64,000 nucleotides of DNA from an uncultured delta proteobacterium (GTDB lineage: Bacteria > Desulfobacterota > Binatia > UBA9968). The translations under genes were made by a program, and so were the position numbers. Positions 50,989-62,354 of this stretch are shown here, piece by piece; positions within the stretch are counted from its first letter, which is position 1, and every line of letters begins with the position of its first letter. The notes under the pieces were generated by a model. It did no database searches. It was not told the origin of the DNA and was given only the letters and a program-made list of their open reading frames with translations. The stretch spans positions 416,001 to 480,000 of the forward strand of contig CAVXEP010000032.1 in the NCBI GenBank assembly GCA_963760795.1, read 5' to 3'.

Positions 50989-51930
50989 ATGGCCAAGTAT
51001 CGCGAAACATTGCCGCAATTAAGCAACGAGCTGTTTCTTACCGACGGTGGTATCGAGACCACGTTGATTTTCCACGAAGGCCTGGATCTCCCTTACTTCG
51101 CCGCCTTCGACCTGCTCAAACATGCCGCTGGTCACGCCGCGCTACGCAAGTATTTTCAAACATACGCAGAGATCGCACTAAAATATGGCGTTGGTTTCAT
51201 CCTCGAGAGCGCGACTTGGCGGGCGAGTGCCGATTGGGGTGCCAAACTGGGTTATTCCCAAACTGAACTTGCTGCGGCAAATCGCCAGGCCATCGCCTTG
51301 CTGTACGAGGTGCGCGCTGAATTCGAGTGTCCACGCACACCGATGGTGATCAGCGGTTGCCTCGGACCGCGCGGCGACGGTTACAATCCAGCAAGCTTTA
51401 TGAGCGAAGTCGAGGCGGAAAATTATCACCGCATGCAGATCGACTGCTTTCGCGACGCCGACGCGGACATGGTCACGGCGATAACTATGACCTATCCGGA
51501 GGAGGCCATCGGTATCGTGCGCGCTGGCCAGTCGGCCGGCATGCCAGTAGCGATATCTTTCACCATGGAAACCGACGGCAAGTTGCCCAATGGTCAACCG
51601 CTTGGTGATGCGATCGCGCAAGTCGACGCGGCCACCGGCAATGCTCCGGTGTACTACATGATCAGCTGTGCGCACCCGAGCCATTTTGCCGATGTGCTCG
51701 AAAATGGCGGCGCGTGGCGGTCGCGAATCCACGGCCTCAGAGCCAACGCATCGACCAAGAGCCACAAGGAGCTCGATGAAGCGACATCGCTGGATGCTGG
51801 CGATCCTATCGATCTAGCCAATCGATACCGCGAGCTCAAAACCAGGTTAAGTCATCTCAATGTGTTCGGTGGTTGTTGCGGCACCGACCATCGGCATATC
51901 GATGCGATCTGCCAAGCGGTTCAGTCCTGA
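50989..51930 (+). CDS. homocysteine S-methyltransferase family protein
   Basis: TDGG.ET, GPRGDGY, CAHP, GGCCGTD.RHI. Confidence 0.92.
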   Translation: MAKYRETLPQLSNELFLTDGGIETTLIFHEGLDLPYFAAFDLLKHAAGHAALRKYFQTYAEIALKYGVGFILESATWRASADWGAKLGYSQTELAAANRQAIALLYEVRAEFECPRTPMVISGCLGPRGDGYNPASFMSEVEAENYHRMQIDCFRDADADMVTAITMTYPEEAIGIVRAGQSAGMPVAISFTMETDGKLPNGQPLGDAIAQVDAATGNAPVYYMISCAHPSHFADVLENGGAWRSRIHGLRANASTKSHKELDEATSLDAGDPIDLANRYRELKTRLSHLNVFGGCCGTDHRHIDAICQAVQS

Positions 51931-51950
51931 GCGCCCAACCTAGCGATACA

Positions 51951-52460
51951 ATGGCTGAGTTGCTGATTCGCGCCGAACGAGGTGCTGACGTTAGCGCGAT
52001 CCGTAAGGTTGTTAGCGCGGCATTCGCCGGCATAGACCAGAGCAATCAAAAGGAGCACTTGCTGGTCGACCGATTGCGTGAAAGCGGTGCGCTGGCGGTT
52101 TCGCTGGTTGCCGAAGTCGAAGGTCGCGCTGTCGGTCATGTCGCTTTCTCGCCGGTGACGATCGCTGGGAGTTTCTGTGATTGGTACGGCTTGGCGCCGC
52201 TGGCGGTACTTCCCAGTTATCAGAGAACCGGCATCGGCTCGAGTTTGGTAATCGCCGGGTTGGAGTCTCTGTGTGCGTTGCATGCGCAAGGCTGTGTGTT
52301 ACTCGGCGAGCCCGAATTTTATGCGCGTTTTGGATTTGTTGCTCGGGAAGATTTGCTGCTTGAAAATGTCCCGCCGGAATACTTTTTGGCGCGGTCTTTT
52401 TCTAACGATTATCCGAGTGGCAAGGTCGCTTACCATCCAGTTTTCTCGCTGTGTGTCTGA
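51951..52460 (+). CDS. GNAT N-acetyltransferase (YhbS-like)
   Basis: GH..FSPV, LAPLAV.P.YQR.GIG, LG.P.FY.RFGF. Confidence 0.9.
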   Translation: MAELLIRAERGADVSAIRKVVSAAFAGIDQSNQKEHLLVDRLRESGALAVSLVAEVEGRAVGHVAFSPVTIAGSFCDWYGLAPLAVLPSYQRTGIGSSLVIAGLESLCALHAQGCVLLGEPEFYARFGFVAREDLLLENVPPEYFLARSFSNDYPSGKVAYHPVFSLCV

Positions 52461-52718
52461 CCGATTCGAAAAATTGTCACTTAGGTGAAAAATTATTTCG
52501 CGACTTGCGATAACGTATCTGTCTGAAATTAAACTCTTAGCTGTTTACGTTTTAAAGAGTAGATCAATTTTAGACAAAAAACGCTTGCGCTATGGGAGAG
52601 TTTCGCATACAAAACGACCAAACTCTTCCGATCTGCGCCATAATGCTCCACAAACAGCTACGCACTTTTAATCGCCGAGATATTCGCCGGTCTGCCGATT
52701 GGCGCGGCATTTTGTGCC

Positions 52719-53927
52719 GTGGTGCTGGCGTTAGTCTTCGCTTTTATCCCGGCACTGAAGCCATCGAGTCGTGATGAGAAACCATCTGCGTGGCAACATG
52801 TGGAACACCGCTCGGAAGAACGGATAGCCGTAAGACTCGGCCGCAATGAAACTCTCCAAGGATTACTGAATCGTTTCGGTCTTCGTCCTGGCTCGGCGCA
52901 GGAGTTGTCGCAGAAAATTTATTCCTCGGTCAATTTACGGCGCATGCCGCGGGACCAGGCCATCAATTTGGTTGTCGACCGACAGGATGGAAATATTCGC
53001 GTGGTTGAGTTCGTCATGCAGGATCATCTCGTGCGAGCCAGCGTCGGGCTGGCCGGTTGGTCGGTGGAGCGGCAGGAACTCGCCCATGTCGAGGGATCGG
53101 ATATCATTCGGGTTCGTATCACCGATAGTTTCGCCCGAAGCGCGGCGCGGGCTGGTGTTTCGGTGGCGCAGCTCGCCGAGTTGCAGCGAGTGTTTAGCGC
53201 CGAGATGGATCTGTTGTCCGAGTTAGCAGCCGGCGATGAAGTATCGTTAGTTGTGCCGCAGAAACAGTATCTGAATGGACATGTGGCGTCGGCGGCGATG
53301 GCCGCGGTGCGCGTGGTGCGTGGCGGACGGTTCTTCGATGCTTTCGCTTTCAACGGCAGTGATGGTGTGTTGCACTACTACGACGCCGACGGTCACAGGT
53401 TGCCGCGACCGTTTCTGGCGGCGCCGTTAAAATTCGAGCGGATCTCTTCCACTTTCGATTTGGCGCGCGCCGATCCGGCGACGGGTGCGTTGCGGCCCCA
53501 TGAAGCGATCGATTATCAGGCCGCACATGGAACGCCGGTTGTGGCGATCGGCGCCGGCACTGTCGAGTTTGCCGGTTCGCGCCCCGGTAATGGCCTCATG
53601 GTAGAGCTCAAGCATGCCGGCGGTTACACCTCTAGTTATTCGCATTTGTCGCGCATTGCCGAGGGAGTCGAAGAGGGCCGGCGGATCAAGGTGGGCGAAG
53701 CCATCGGTGCAGTCGGCCAGACCGGTTATGCCACCGGCCCCCATCTTCACTTCGAGTTTGCCCTCGACGGTGAGAAGCTCGACTACTTGTCGGTAAAAAT
53801 CCCCAGCGCGGAGTCGCTATCGGGATACCAGCTGATTCAGTTCCACCGTGAGCAGGCGAAGTGGCTTGCGGCACTGCGCGGCTCCGCCGTTCGGGTTGTT
53901 CAAATGCCCACCTCTCCCTGGCAATAA
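52719..53927 (+). CDS. M23 family peptidoglycan endopeptidase
   Basis: HEAID, YSHL, TGPHLHFE; start uncertain. Confidence 0.88.
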   Translation: MVLALVFAFIPALKPSSRDEKPSAWQHVEHRSEERIAVRLGRNETLQGLLNRFGLRPGSAQELSQKIYSSVNLRRMPRDQAINLVVDRQDGNIRVVEFVMQDHLVRASVGLAGWSVERQELAHVEGSDIIRVRITDSFARSAARAGVSVAQLAELQRVFSAEMDLLSELAAGDEVSLVVPQKQYLNGHVASAAMAAVRVVRGGRFFDAFAFNGSDGVLHYYDADGHRLPRPFLAAPLKFERISSTFDLARADPATGALRPHEAIDYQAAHGTPVVAIGAGTVEFAGSRPGNGLMVELKHAGGYTSSYSHLSRIAEGVEEGRRIKVGEAIGAVGQTGYATGPHLHFEFALDGEKLDYLSVKIPSAESLSGYQLIQFHREQAKWLAALRGSAVRVVQMPTSPWQ

Positions 53928-53956
53928 TCCCCAGGTTTGAAAATCTTCACTGACGG

Positions 53957-54763
53957 CTAGCGATGTTTTGCATATACGTCGGTCCGGCGGTTTTGCAATA
54001 GCGGTAGTTTGTTCCGCACGTCATTGACCAAGGCAAGGTCAATTTCGATTACCGCCAATTCTTCTTTTTCTTGCAGGTCGATCAATGTGCGTCCGAGCGG
54101 GTCCACCGCCATGCTGTGGCCGGTGTAAATGTTGCCGACTTGATTGGGTGCGATGACGAAGCAGCCGTTCTCCAGGGCGCGCGCTTTGATCATGGTCTGC
54201 CAGTGTTCGACTTTGAGATCGCCTTGGACCCAGCCGGACGGGGCGAATAAGACATTGGCGCCTGCAAGCGTGAGCATTCGCGCCAGCTCGGGAAATCGCA
54301 GGTCGTAGCAGATCATCGTGCCGCAATGGGCATCGCCGAAGCTGACCAGCGGCGCGATGTCATTGCCGGGGTGAAACTTGTCCGACTCTTTGAAGCCGAA
54401 GGCATCGTAGAGGTGAAGCTTGCGGTAGACCGACGCGATATCGCCCGCGGCATCGATCCAAACCGCGCTGTCGTAAACTCGATTGGCTATAGGGCTCGAT
54501 TCATAGATCGCCGCCAGGACGCCGAGCTTGGCCGCTTTGGCATGTTCGCACAGCGCGCCGACAAACGGGCCGTCGACGGATTCGGCCACCGCGGTTAACT
54601 CTGCCGCGCTCTGGCTTGCAGGTGAGAACGCCATGAGGAATTCCGGAAAGGCTATAATTTCGGCGGCCTGGCTCTTGGCTTCATCGATAAGCCGCAACGC
54701 CTGTTTCAGATTGGCGGTCTTGTCGGTGCTGGACTGAACTTGGGCGATGGCGATTTTTTTCAT
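53957..54763 (-). CDS. carbon-nitrogen hydrolase (Nit-like)
   Basis: FPE, YRKLHL, ICYDLRFPE triad. Confidence 0.93.
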   Translation of the reverse strand: MKKIAIAQVQSSTDKTANLKQALRLIDEAKSQAAEIIAFPEFLMAFSPASQSAAELTAVAESVDGPFVGALCEHAKAAKLGVLAAIYESSPIANRVYDSAVWIDAAGDIASVYRKLHLYDAFGFKESDKFHPGNDIAPLVSFGDAHCGTMICYDLRFPELARMLTLAGANVLFAPSGWVQGDLKVEHWQTMIKARALENGCFVIAPNQVGNIYTGHSMAVDPLGRTLIDLQEKEELAVIEIDLALVNDVRNKLPLLQNRRTDVYAKHR

Positions 54764-54881
54764 GGTTTATCTTTCAGCCTGGATTATCTTTGCCAGTCAC
54801 GCTATCCAAGTAGGTTAGCTAGGTCAATCGGTACACGGGTACTGGTTCATTTTCATGGCGTTGTGCGTTTGGGAGTGGAAT

Positions 54882-54948
54882 AGATTTCTCGCTTCGCTCG
54901 AAATGACAGACCTTGAATAACTGTCATCCCGAACGAAGAGAGGGATCT
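54882..54948. repeat. REP-like pair (AGATTTCTCGCTTCGCTCGAAATGACA / TGTCATCCCGAACG...GATCT)
   Basis: Two inverted imperfect palindromes in a divergent intergenic region. Confidence 0.7.
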
Positions 54949-55008
54949 TTCCGAACTGAACCACGACTCATGACGAGTTTCTGGACCTTCGGGACGGCAA
55001 GCAACGAA

Positions 55009-56428
55009 ATGGCGCAAACAACTTTGACTCCGAATCTCCAACGGCTCGCTCTCGCCAATGTTTGTCTCGGGCAGTTTTTGAGCGCCCTCGACTCGCGTTC
55101 GGTAAACGTCGCCTTGCCGACTATCTCGCTGTACTTCGACACTTCGATGGCGGCGGTGCAGTGGATTCCACTGGCTTATCAATTGACCATCGTCGGTTTG
55201 GTTCTGAGCATGGCGCGACTAGGCGACAAGCTTGGCCGCAAGGGGCTCTATACTCTCGGCTTCGTCATGCTCGGCTTCGGTTCGGCGGCTTGCGGTCTGA
55301 GTCCGTATTTATGGTTGATCGTCTGCTTTCGCGCGATCGAAGGCATCGGCGGCGCGCTGGTACTGGCCAACGGCCGGGCCATCGCCTCGGCGCTTTACGC
55401 CAGAGAAGGGCGCGGTCGCGCTCTGGGCATGATGTCGATGTCGTTTCATCTGGGCTACATCACCGGTCCGTCGGTGGGCGGATTCTTGGTCGACACCATC
55501 GGCTGGCGCTGGATCTTTTTCATGAACTTGCCGGTGGCGCTGGCGGCGGCCACTATGGCGTGGAAGATTCTCCCGGAAACCGTCACCGAGAAGCGCGATT
55601 ATTCCATCGATCCCATCGGTATGGTGACCTTGCTTACTACCGTGGTGGCATTGATCGTCGGCCTGCAGCAGGTGGCGAAGAGCGGCTTCGGCTGGCCGGC
55701 TTTGCTGGCCGGCGTGGTGGCGGTCACGTCGCTCTCGTTGCTGCTTTATTTCGAGCGGCGCGACCAGTCGCCGTTGCTCGATCTGTCGCTTTTCAAAGTC
55801 CGCTTGCTCACCGCCGGTTTGCTGAGCCATTTCTTCGTGTCGCTGTCGCATACCTCGACATTTTTTCTTGTTGCCGTTTTATCTCCAAGGGATTGCCGGC
55901 TACACACCGACACAGGTGGGCTTCACGGTGATCTGCTTCTCTCTGGTCATCGTTGTGCTCGCGCCAATCGGCGGCTGGCTCGCGGACCGGCTTGGCTCGC
56001 GCATGCTTTGCACCGTCGGCTCGGCACTCACCATGCTGAGCATGATCGGATTCTCGCGACTGGATGGCCCCGCTGGCCAGATCGGTGTGGTGATACCGCT
56101 GATGCTGTTGGGCTTGGGCTGGTCGCTGTTCCAGTCGCCCAACTTGAGCGGCATGTTCAACGCCGTCGAGCCGCGCTACGTCGGCGCGGTGAGCGGGTTG
56201 TCGCTGACCTCTGCCAACATCGCCAACGCCATGGGCGTGGCGGTCGGCAGCGTGCTGTTCATGCGCTGGCTGGACTTTTACGGCCTCGCGAGCGGTAGCG
56301 TCCCGCCGTACACGCAGTGGGGCGGCAATGCCGAGATCTTCGTCAAGGCGTTTCAGGGCTCGTGGATCGGTCATCGCCGGATTGGCGGCGTGCGATTGTC
56401 ACGTCAGCTCTGCGCGGAGCGGCAGTGA
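55009..56428 (+). CDS. DHA2-type MFS transporter (frameshift near 55865)
   Basis: LD...VNVALP, RLGDKLGRK, GP.VGG, WRWIFF.NLP; second half in 55868-56428. Confidence 0.88.
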
Positions 56429-56467
56429 CGAGAAAGGTAGCAGGTGAATAACAGGTTCAGATGTGCA

Positions 56468-56508
56468 TGGAGCGCAGCAACTGGACTCCATCACTCCAGC
56501 ACTCCGTA
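56468..56508. repeat. partial TGGAG/ACTCCA octamer repeat
   Basis: actccatcactccagcactccg. Confidence 0.65.
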
Positions 56509-56510
56509 GT

Positions 56511-57564
56511 TCAGTAGTTCAGCTGGCCGGCTTTTCTCGCTTTGATATTTTCCAGCACCTTCGCTCCCAGCGCGACGTCGGCGACGCCTTGGCCGGCGTT
56601 GTTTTTGTAGAATGTGATCTGGTCGAGGCGGGTGCGTCCTTCGCTGTTGCCGGCGAGGATCGAGCCGATCTCGATCAGCTGTTCCCACTTGATCACGCCG
56701 CGGTTGACCGGATCGAAAATATCCGCCTGCTCGTCTTGCACCGCCTGTTGTATCGACACGATGCCGTGGACATGGCTGCGCGACAGCGTGGCGTCGTCGA
56801 TTTCGCGCCGCTTGGCGGCGGTGAAGCCGCCTTTGACCAGGCCGACGTTGCTGCCGACGATGGTCGTCACATGCTGCCCCGGTTCCAACAAGTTGCCGTC
56901 GAATACCGGCACGCTGGAGTTGGTCGCCGTCAGGACGATGTCGACGCCGCGCACCGCTTCGGCTGGCGTCGAGACTGGAGTGATATTCAAATTGGTGAGC
57001 GGTCCCATCTCGTCGCAGAACTGTTTGCGGTTCTCCGGATTGCGGCTGTAGACCTTCACCGTTTTCAACTTGCGCACTTGCATCAAGTGCGAGCAGATGA
57101 TTTTTCGCCTGGCCGGCGGCGCCGAAGATGCCCAGGCTCGAAGCATCGGGCCGCGCCAGCAGGTCGGTGCCGACGGCGCTGGTGGCGGCGGTGCGCAGGC
57201 CGGTGACGGCGATGTTATCCGGCAACTCCGAGCAGGTGATCTCGCCGACGATGATGCCTTTCAATTCCCCTTCAGCGGCGTCGTAGAGCACGATGACCGG
57301 ATGATTGAGGCGCGGATAGACTTGCTCGCTGGCCATCGGTTTGACCCATTCGCAATGGGTCATCAGGCCGGTGGCTTTGGCCGCCGGCACGCCGCCCTGG
57401 TGCACGCTCACGCGCACGCCGGTGGGAATGTGAATGCGCCGGCGCGGCGCGTTGAGCTGCGGGTTCTCACCCCACTCGCGAAAGCCCAAGCGCACGGCTT
57501 CGACCGCTTCTTTCATGGTGACGATGCCGCGAATCTCTTGGGGACTGACGAGGATGGGTTGCAT
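56511..57564 (-). CDS. ornithine cyclodeaminase family protein (frameshift near 57090)
   Basis: TGLRTAATSA, G.AGQA; second frame ATNS..PV, GQG.AD. Confidence 0.88.
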
Positions 57565-57574
57565 GAAAGGCTCC

Positions 57575-57640
57575 TGGAGCAATGGAGTTGGATTGGAGTA
57601 ATGGGTCCGGACTCAACACTCCGTTACTCCATCACTCCAA
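57575..57640. repeat. TGGAGTNN octamer inverted tandem repeat
   Basis: tggagcaa-tggagttg...tggagtaa vs acactccg-ttactcca-tcactcca. Confidence 0.82.
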
Positions 57641-57650
57641 TCGCACTGTC

Positions 57651-58211
57651 TTACAGCGTTGGCGCCACTTGCGGGCGCGCGATCAAGTTCTCCGCCCAAC
57701 GTTTTATGTTGGGATAGTTGTCGAACGTGACGGTGTAGCGTTCGCGCCGGGTGTAGAAGGGGATGAATGTGACATCCGCCAGCGAGAACTGATTGCCGAC
57801 CAGATAGTCTTTACCGGCCAACGCGTCGTCGAGAGTGCGCAGGTGTTGATCCATGCGCACTTGGGCTTTCTCAGGGTCACGTTTTTTTTGCAGATCGCTT
57901 CCCGTCGGATGCACGCGGGTGTTGAAGAAATCCACCCAAATCCTCACCTTGGCGCGATTGAGTTGACTGCGCGGCATGAGCGGAGTGTCGGCGAATTTCT
58001 CGTCGAGATATTCGTTGATCACCGCCGACTCGTAGATGACGCCATCGCCGTCGACCAGCACCGGCACTTTGCCGTAGGGGTTCTGCTTGACCAGATCTTC
58101 CGGTTTGTTCTTGAGATCGACTTCGATGGTTTCGTAGGGGATGTTCTTTTCGGCCAGGACAATCCTTGTCCTGTGGGCGTAGGGTCAGGTGTGGCTGGTG
58201 TATAATTTCAT
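57651..58211 (-). CDS. glutathione S-transferase family protein, probable selenoprotein (186 aa, Sec at codon 9)
   Basis: MKLYTSHT-U(TGA)-PYAHRTRIVLAEK...NPYGKVPVL...ESAVINEYL; AAGGAG RBS; in frame with ORF 57651-58067. Confidence 0.87.
58155..58173 (-). promoter_or_regulatory. bacterial SECIS-like hairpin
   Basis: Minus strand CAGGACAA-GGA-TTGTCCTG, 8-bp stem starting 11 nt after the UGA. Confidence 0.75.
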
Positions 58212-58280
58212 CGCGAAGGCCTCCTTGTTTTGAAACTAATTACCATCGTGGCGCAGGTTAGGCAATGCGGATTGGATTCG

Positions 58281-58365
58281 GTTCAAATCGTTCCAGTCGT
58301 TCCAATCGTTCCAAATCGTTGTATTCCGATCGAACCGCCGGAACTGATTGGAACCTTTGGAACGG
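58281..58365. repeat. GTTCMANTC nonamer inverted tandem repeat
   Basis: 4 GTTC units, spacer, then 4 GAAC units. Confidence 0.82.
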
Positions 58366-58376
58366 CGCGCATTCAA

Positions 58377-59183
58377 TTATCGGTTGCGTGCCTGGAGCCG
58401 TTCTTGTAGACCGTCACCGACGAGATTGAGCGCGAAGACCGTGATCATGATCGCCAGCCCCGGATAGGTGGTGAGGTGCGGCGCGACCAGGAGAAACTGC
58501 CGGCCGTCGTTCAGCATCGATCCCCAGGACGGTGTCGGCGGTTCGACGCCAAGCCCCAGGAAACTCAAGCTGCCTTCGGCGATGATCGCGGCGGCGAGGC
58601 CGAAAGTCGCTTGGATTAATAACGGTGCCAGGAGATTGGGTAACAGATGGCGCAAAACAACGCGCTTGGGACTGCCGCCGAGAGCGCGGGCGGCTTGGAC
58701 GAATTCTCGTTCGCGCAGGGCGATGATCTCGCCGCGCACCAGACGCGCATAGCCGGTCCAGCCGATCAGGCAAAGCGCCAGGATAACGTGATCGAGCCCC
58801 GGCCCGAGCACGGCGGTGAAGGCGATGGCTAGGAGAATACCGGGAAAGGCCAGCAGGATATCGACCAGGCGCATGAGCAGTAAATCGATCCAGCCGCCGA
58901 AGTAACCGGCGAGGGCGCCGACGACGAAGCCGATGGCGAGGGAGATCGCCACGGTGGCGAAGCCGACCGAGAGCGAGATGCGCGCGCCGTAAAGCGTCCG
59001 GCTCAAGATGTCGCGGCCGAGTTTATCGGTGCCGAGCGGATGAGCGGCGCTGTAAGCGATCAGGTCGTTTTCTAAATTTTGCCGTAATGGATTATGCGGC
59101 GCTATGACCGGTGCCAATAGCGCCGAGACTAACAGGACCAGCAACATCGCCACGCCGGTGTTGAACCAGGCTCTAGTCGCCAT
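58377..59183 (-). CDS. peptide/nickel ABC transporter permease (DppC-like)
   Basis: LGTDKLGRD, EFVQAARALG EAA loop, LSFLGLG, PSWG. Confidence 0.92.
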   Translation of the reverse strand: MATRAWFNTGVAMLLVLLVSALLAPVIAPHNPLRQNLENDLIAYSAAHPLGTDKLGRDILSRTLYGARISLSVGFATVAISLAIGFVVGALAGYFGGWIDLLLMRLVDILLAFPGILLAIAFTAVLGPGLDHVILALCLIGWTGYARLVRGEIIALREREFVQAARALGGSPKRVVLRHLLPNLLAPLLIQATFGLAAAIIAEGSLSFLGLGVEPPTPSWGSMLNDGRQFLLVAPHLTTYPGLAIMITVFALNLVGDGLQERLQARNR

Positions 59184-60098
59184 AGCTCACCCGCGGATCG
59201 ACAAGTTTGTAAAGGATGTCGGTGAAAAAATTCACCAGCACATAGGCGACCGCGATGACCAACACACAACCTTGCACCAGCGGATAGTCGCGCGTCTGGA
59301 TCGCCTGCACGGTCAGTCTGCCGATGCCAGGCCAGCTGAACACGGTTTCGGTTATCAACGAGCCGGCGAGCAGGGCGCCGAATTGCAGGCTCATGATCGT
59401 TACCACCGACAACAGCGCGTTGCGCAGCATATGTTTGAGCCAGACCGATTTTTCGCTCAACCCTTTGGCGCGGGCGGTTTGGACGAACTCGGCGCGGGCG
59501 ACTTGCAGCAAACTGGCGCGAAGAATGCGCGTCAGGATCGCCGCCATGCCCAGTCCCAATGTGAGCGCCGGTAATACGACATGGAGCTAGTCCGCCGCGG
59601 CCCGACACCGGCGTCCAGCCGAGCTGAATCGAAAACAGGATCATCAAGAGCGGCCCAAGCCAAAAATTCGGCAGCGACAGGCCGAGCAGAGAAAATAATA
59701 GAGCGAAGCGATCCATCAGGCTGCCGGGCCGGCGCGCCGCCAGAAACGCCAGTGGAAACGATATGGCCAGCGCAGCGATCATGGCGCATAACGCCAGTTC
59801 GAGAGTCGCCGGCAGCCGTTGGCCGATGATTGCACTGACGCTCGCTTGTTCAAACAGCGAGCGGCCGAGATCGCCGGTGGCGAGCTTGGTCAGAAAGTTT
59901 CGATATTGCGTCGCCAGCGGTTGATCCAATCCGAGGGCGCGGCGCAGTTCCTGTTTATCGGCGCCGCTGGCGGTTTCGCCGAGCATGACCTCGACGGGGT
60001 CGCCGGGAATCAAGTGAACCAGCAGAAAGACCAATGACAACGCACCGAATAGAGTCGGCAGCAGGAGCAGCAGGCGGCGCCGGATAAATCGTTCTCAC
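59173..60098 (-). CDS. peptide/nickel ABC transporter permease (DppB-like), frameshifted
   Basis: PGDP, LGLDQP, P.FWLG; TARAKGL, ETVFSWPG, DPR. Confidence 0.88.
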
Positions 60099-60111
60099 GG
60101 GGGGATTGGGA

Positions 60112-61641
60112 TTAGCGCAGTGAGACTTGTTTCAGCGATATGAGATCGCCGTCGGGATAGGGGACAAAGCCTTGGACGTTGGTCTTCTTGGCAATGACAT
60201 TTTTCTGCCACCACAACGGCACGTACGGGCAGGTCCTCGGCGATCAGCCGTTGCGCTGCACCATAGATGCGCTTGCGTTCCGCCGGCTCCATGGCGACGC
60301 GGCCGCGATCCAGTAATTGATCGACTTGCGGGTTGGCGTAACGGCCGCGGTTGTCGCCGTTGGGCGGTACGCTGGCCGAATGAAAGATTTGATGCTGAAC
60401 ATCCGGGTCGCGGATGCCGACCCAGGCGAGCGAGTAGAGATGGAAGTTGCCTTTTTTCACATCGCTGAAAAACGTGCCCCACTCGTAGCTGCGGATCTCC
60501 AGCTCGATGCCGACTTGCAGCAGTTGCTCCTTTAACGCTTCGGCGATGCGCCGGCGCAGATCGATATTGGTGGTCTTGTAGGAAAGCCGAAAGCGCGCTC
60601 TTGGGCCGTCGCCGTCGGGGTCTTCGAAGCCGGCGTCATCGAGTAGCTGCTTGGCTTTGGCTGGATCGTAGGGCCATTCCGTCACGCTATTGTCGTAGGC
60701 TTCGTTGAGCGGCGAGATCAAGCCGTTGGCGGCGACCGCGGCGTCTTTGAGCAAATGGCGAATGATGCGCGCGCGGTCGATGGCGTGGGCGAGCGCTTGG
60801 CGCACTTTGAGCTGTCGCAAAATCGGGTGGGTCAGGTTGATGCCGATGTATTGAAACGTCGTGCCTTGATGGGCGGTGACCTCGGCATTGGTCTGGCTCT
60901 TCAGCCAAGGCAGCATGTCGGGCTCAAGATCGTTTTGCATGAAGTCGATGGCGCCTTGCTTAAACTCCAAGGCTCGCACCATGGCGTCGGGGACGATTTT
61001 GAATACCAAGCCGTCCAAGCGCCGGTTTGTTTTCCCAGTAGAGCGGGTTCGCTTTCAAGGCAACTTTCTCGCCGGACTCGTATTTGTCTAGGATGAACGG
61101 CCCGGAGCCGGGCGGTGGGCGATTGGTCCGCAGGCGATCCCTGGGGCACGATGCCGAGCGTGAAGTGTTCGACGAAGGGCGCATGGGCTGCGTTTAAGTG
61201 GAAGCGGAGCCGATGGCTGCCGGCTAGTTCGATGGCTTGAAGTTGTTTGAGCAACGCCCGCTTGGGCGAACGGTTGGCGGGATCGAGGATCGATTCAAAA
61301 GTAAATTTGACATCGGCGGCGGTGAGCGGCCGGCCGTCGTGAAACTTGACGTTGTCGCGCAGATCGAATTGAAAAGTGCGCTCATCAAGCCTGCGCCAGC
61401 TCTCGGCCAACTCGGCTTGCAACTGCATCTTCTCGTCGGCGCGCAGCAGCGAATTATAGATCAGATGGCCGATGCGCACGGCGTTGGCGTCGGTGGCGTA
61501 ACGCGGATCGAGCTGCGCCGGATTGGCTTCGATGCCGAGGACCAGATAGTTGGACGGCCGCTCCTGATCGGACGAGCGACAACCAGCGGCGAGGCAAATC
61601 AGCAGGAGCACCCAGCAGGAGCGATGAAAGTAACGCGGCAA
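60112..61641 (-). CDS. family 5 ABC substrate-binding lipoprotein (DppA-like), frameshifted
   Basis: LAAGC lipobox, LDP, FHDG.PLTA.DV, GSGPF, VRQAL..AIDR. Confidence 0.88.
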
Positions 61642-61799
61642 GCCAAATCTCGAAGGAAATTTTGACTGACTCTAACCTGTTTGCTAGTATCAATCAATTT
61701 TCCGCGCGCAACCATGTCTCGTCACGTAAACTCTTTACTGTCATTTTGCTACTTGACGCTTTTACCCCTTTTGCGCCTGGCGCTCAGCAAGGTCCATTC

Positions 61800-62309
61800 C
61801 GGTGCCGGCCGGGTTGCAGGGCGCGGTGGATTTCTGGAAGCAAGTTTTCACGCGCCATGGCGCTGGCGAAGTCCTGCTGTTCGATCCGATCGATCCGGCA
61901 ACGATTTACCGGGTTTTGCGTGTGGTGAGACCGAGCAGGGCGCGCCTGGTTGGCAACGAACGCGCGCGCATCGCCGCGAATACGATCTGTCGACGAGAGA
62001 GCGGGTGCGAAGCCAACGCGGCGCCAAGGAACATTCAGCGAGGGGCTGAGGATCTCTGGCCGCTATATCGCGCAGATGCAGAAAATTTTTCGCGCTGAGG
62101 GCCTGCCGGCTCAGCTGGCGTACTTGCCTCTGGTGGAGTCGTCGTTCAACATTCGCGCCCGTTCCGGCGCCGGCGCTGTCGGCATGTGGCAGTTCATTCC
62201 AGAGACCGGCAAGAAGTTTATGCGCATCGACGACAAGGTGGACGAGCGGCGCGATCCCATGGCGTCGACCCGAGCGGCGCTTCGCAGCTGCGCATATTGC
62301 CGCCATTGA
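61800..62309 (+). pseudogene. degraded lytic transglycosylase (MltD-like) fragment
   Basis: VDFWK.VF; GLP..LAYLPLVESSFN, AVGMWQF.P.TG, DERRDP; multiple shifts, truncated. Confidence 0.7.
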
Positions 62310-62354
62310 TCGGCTTGAAGGCGGGCCGGGTTAGCTTATAATGATCGGTGCTCT

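Noticed and set aside
47176-58365. CRISPR array
   Set aside because: Units are 7-9 nt without unique spacers; no cas genes.
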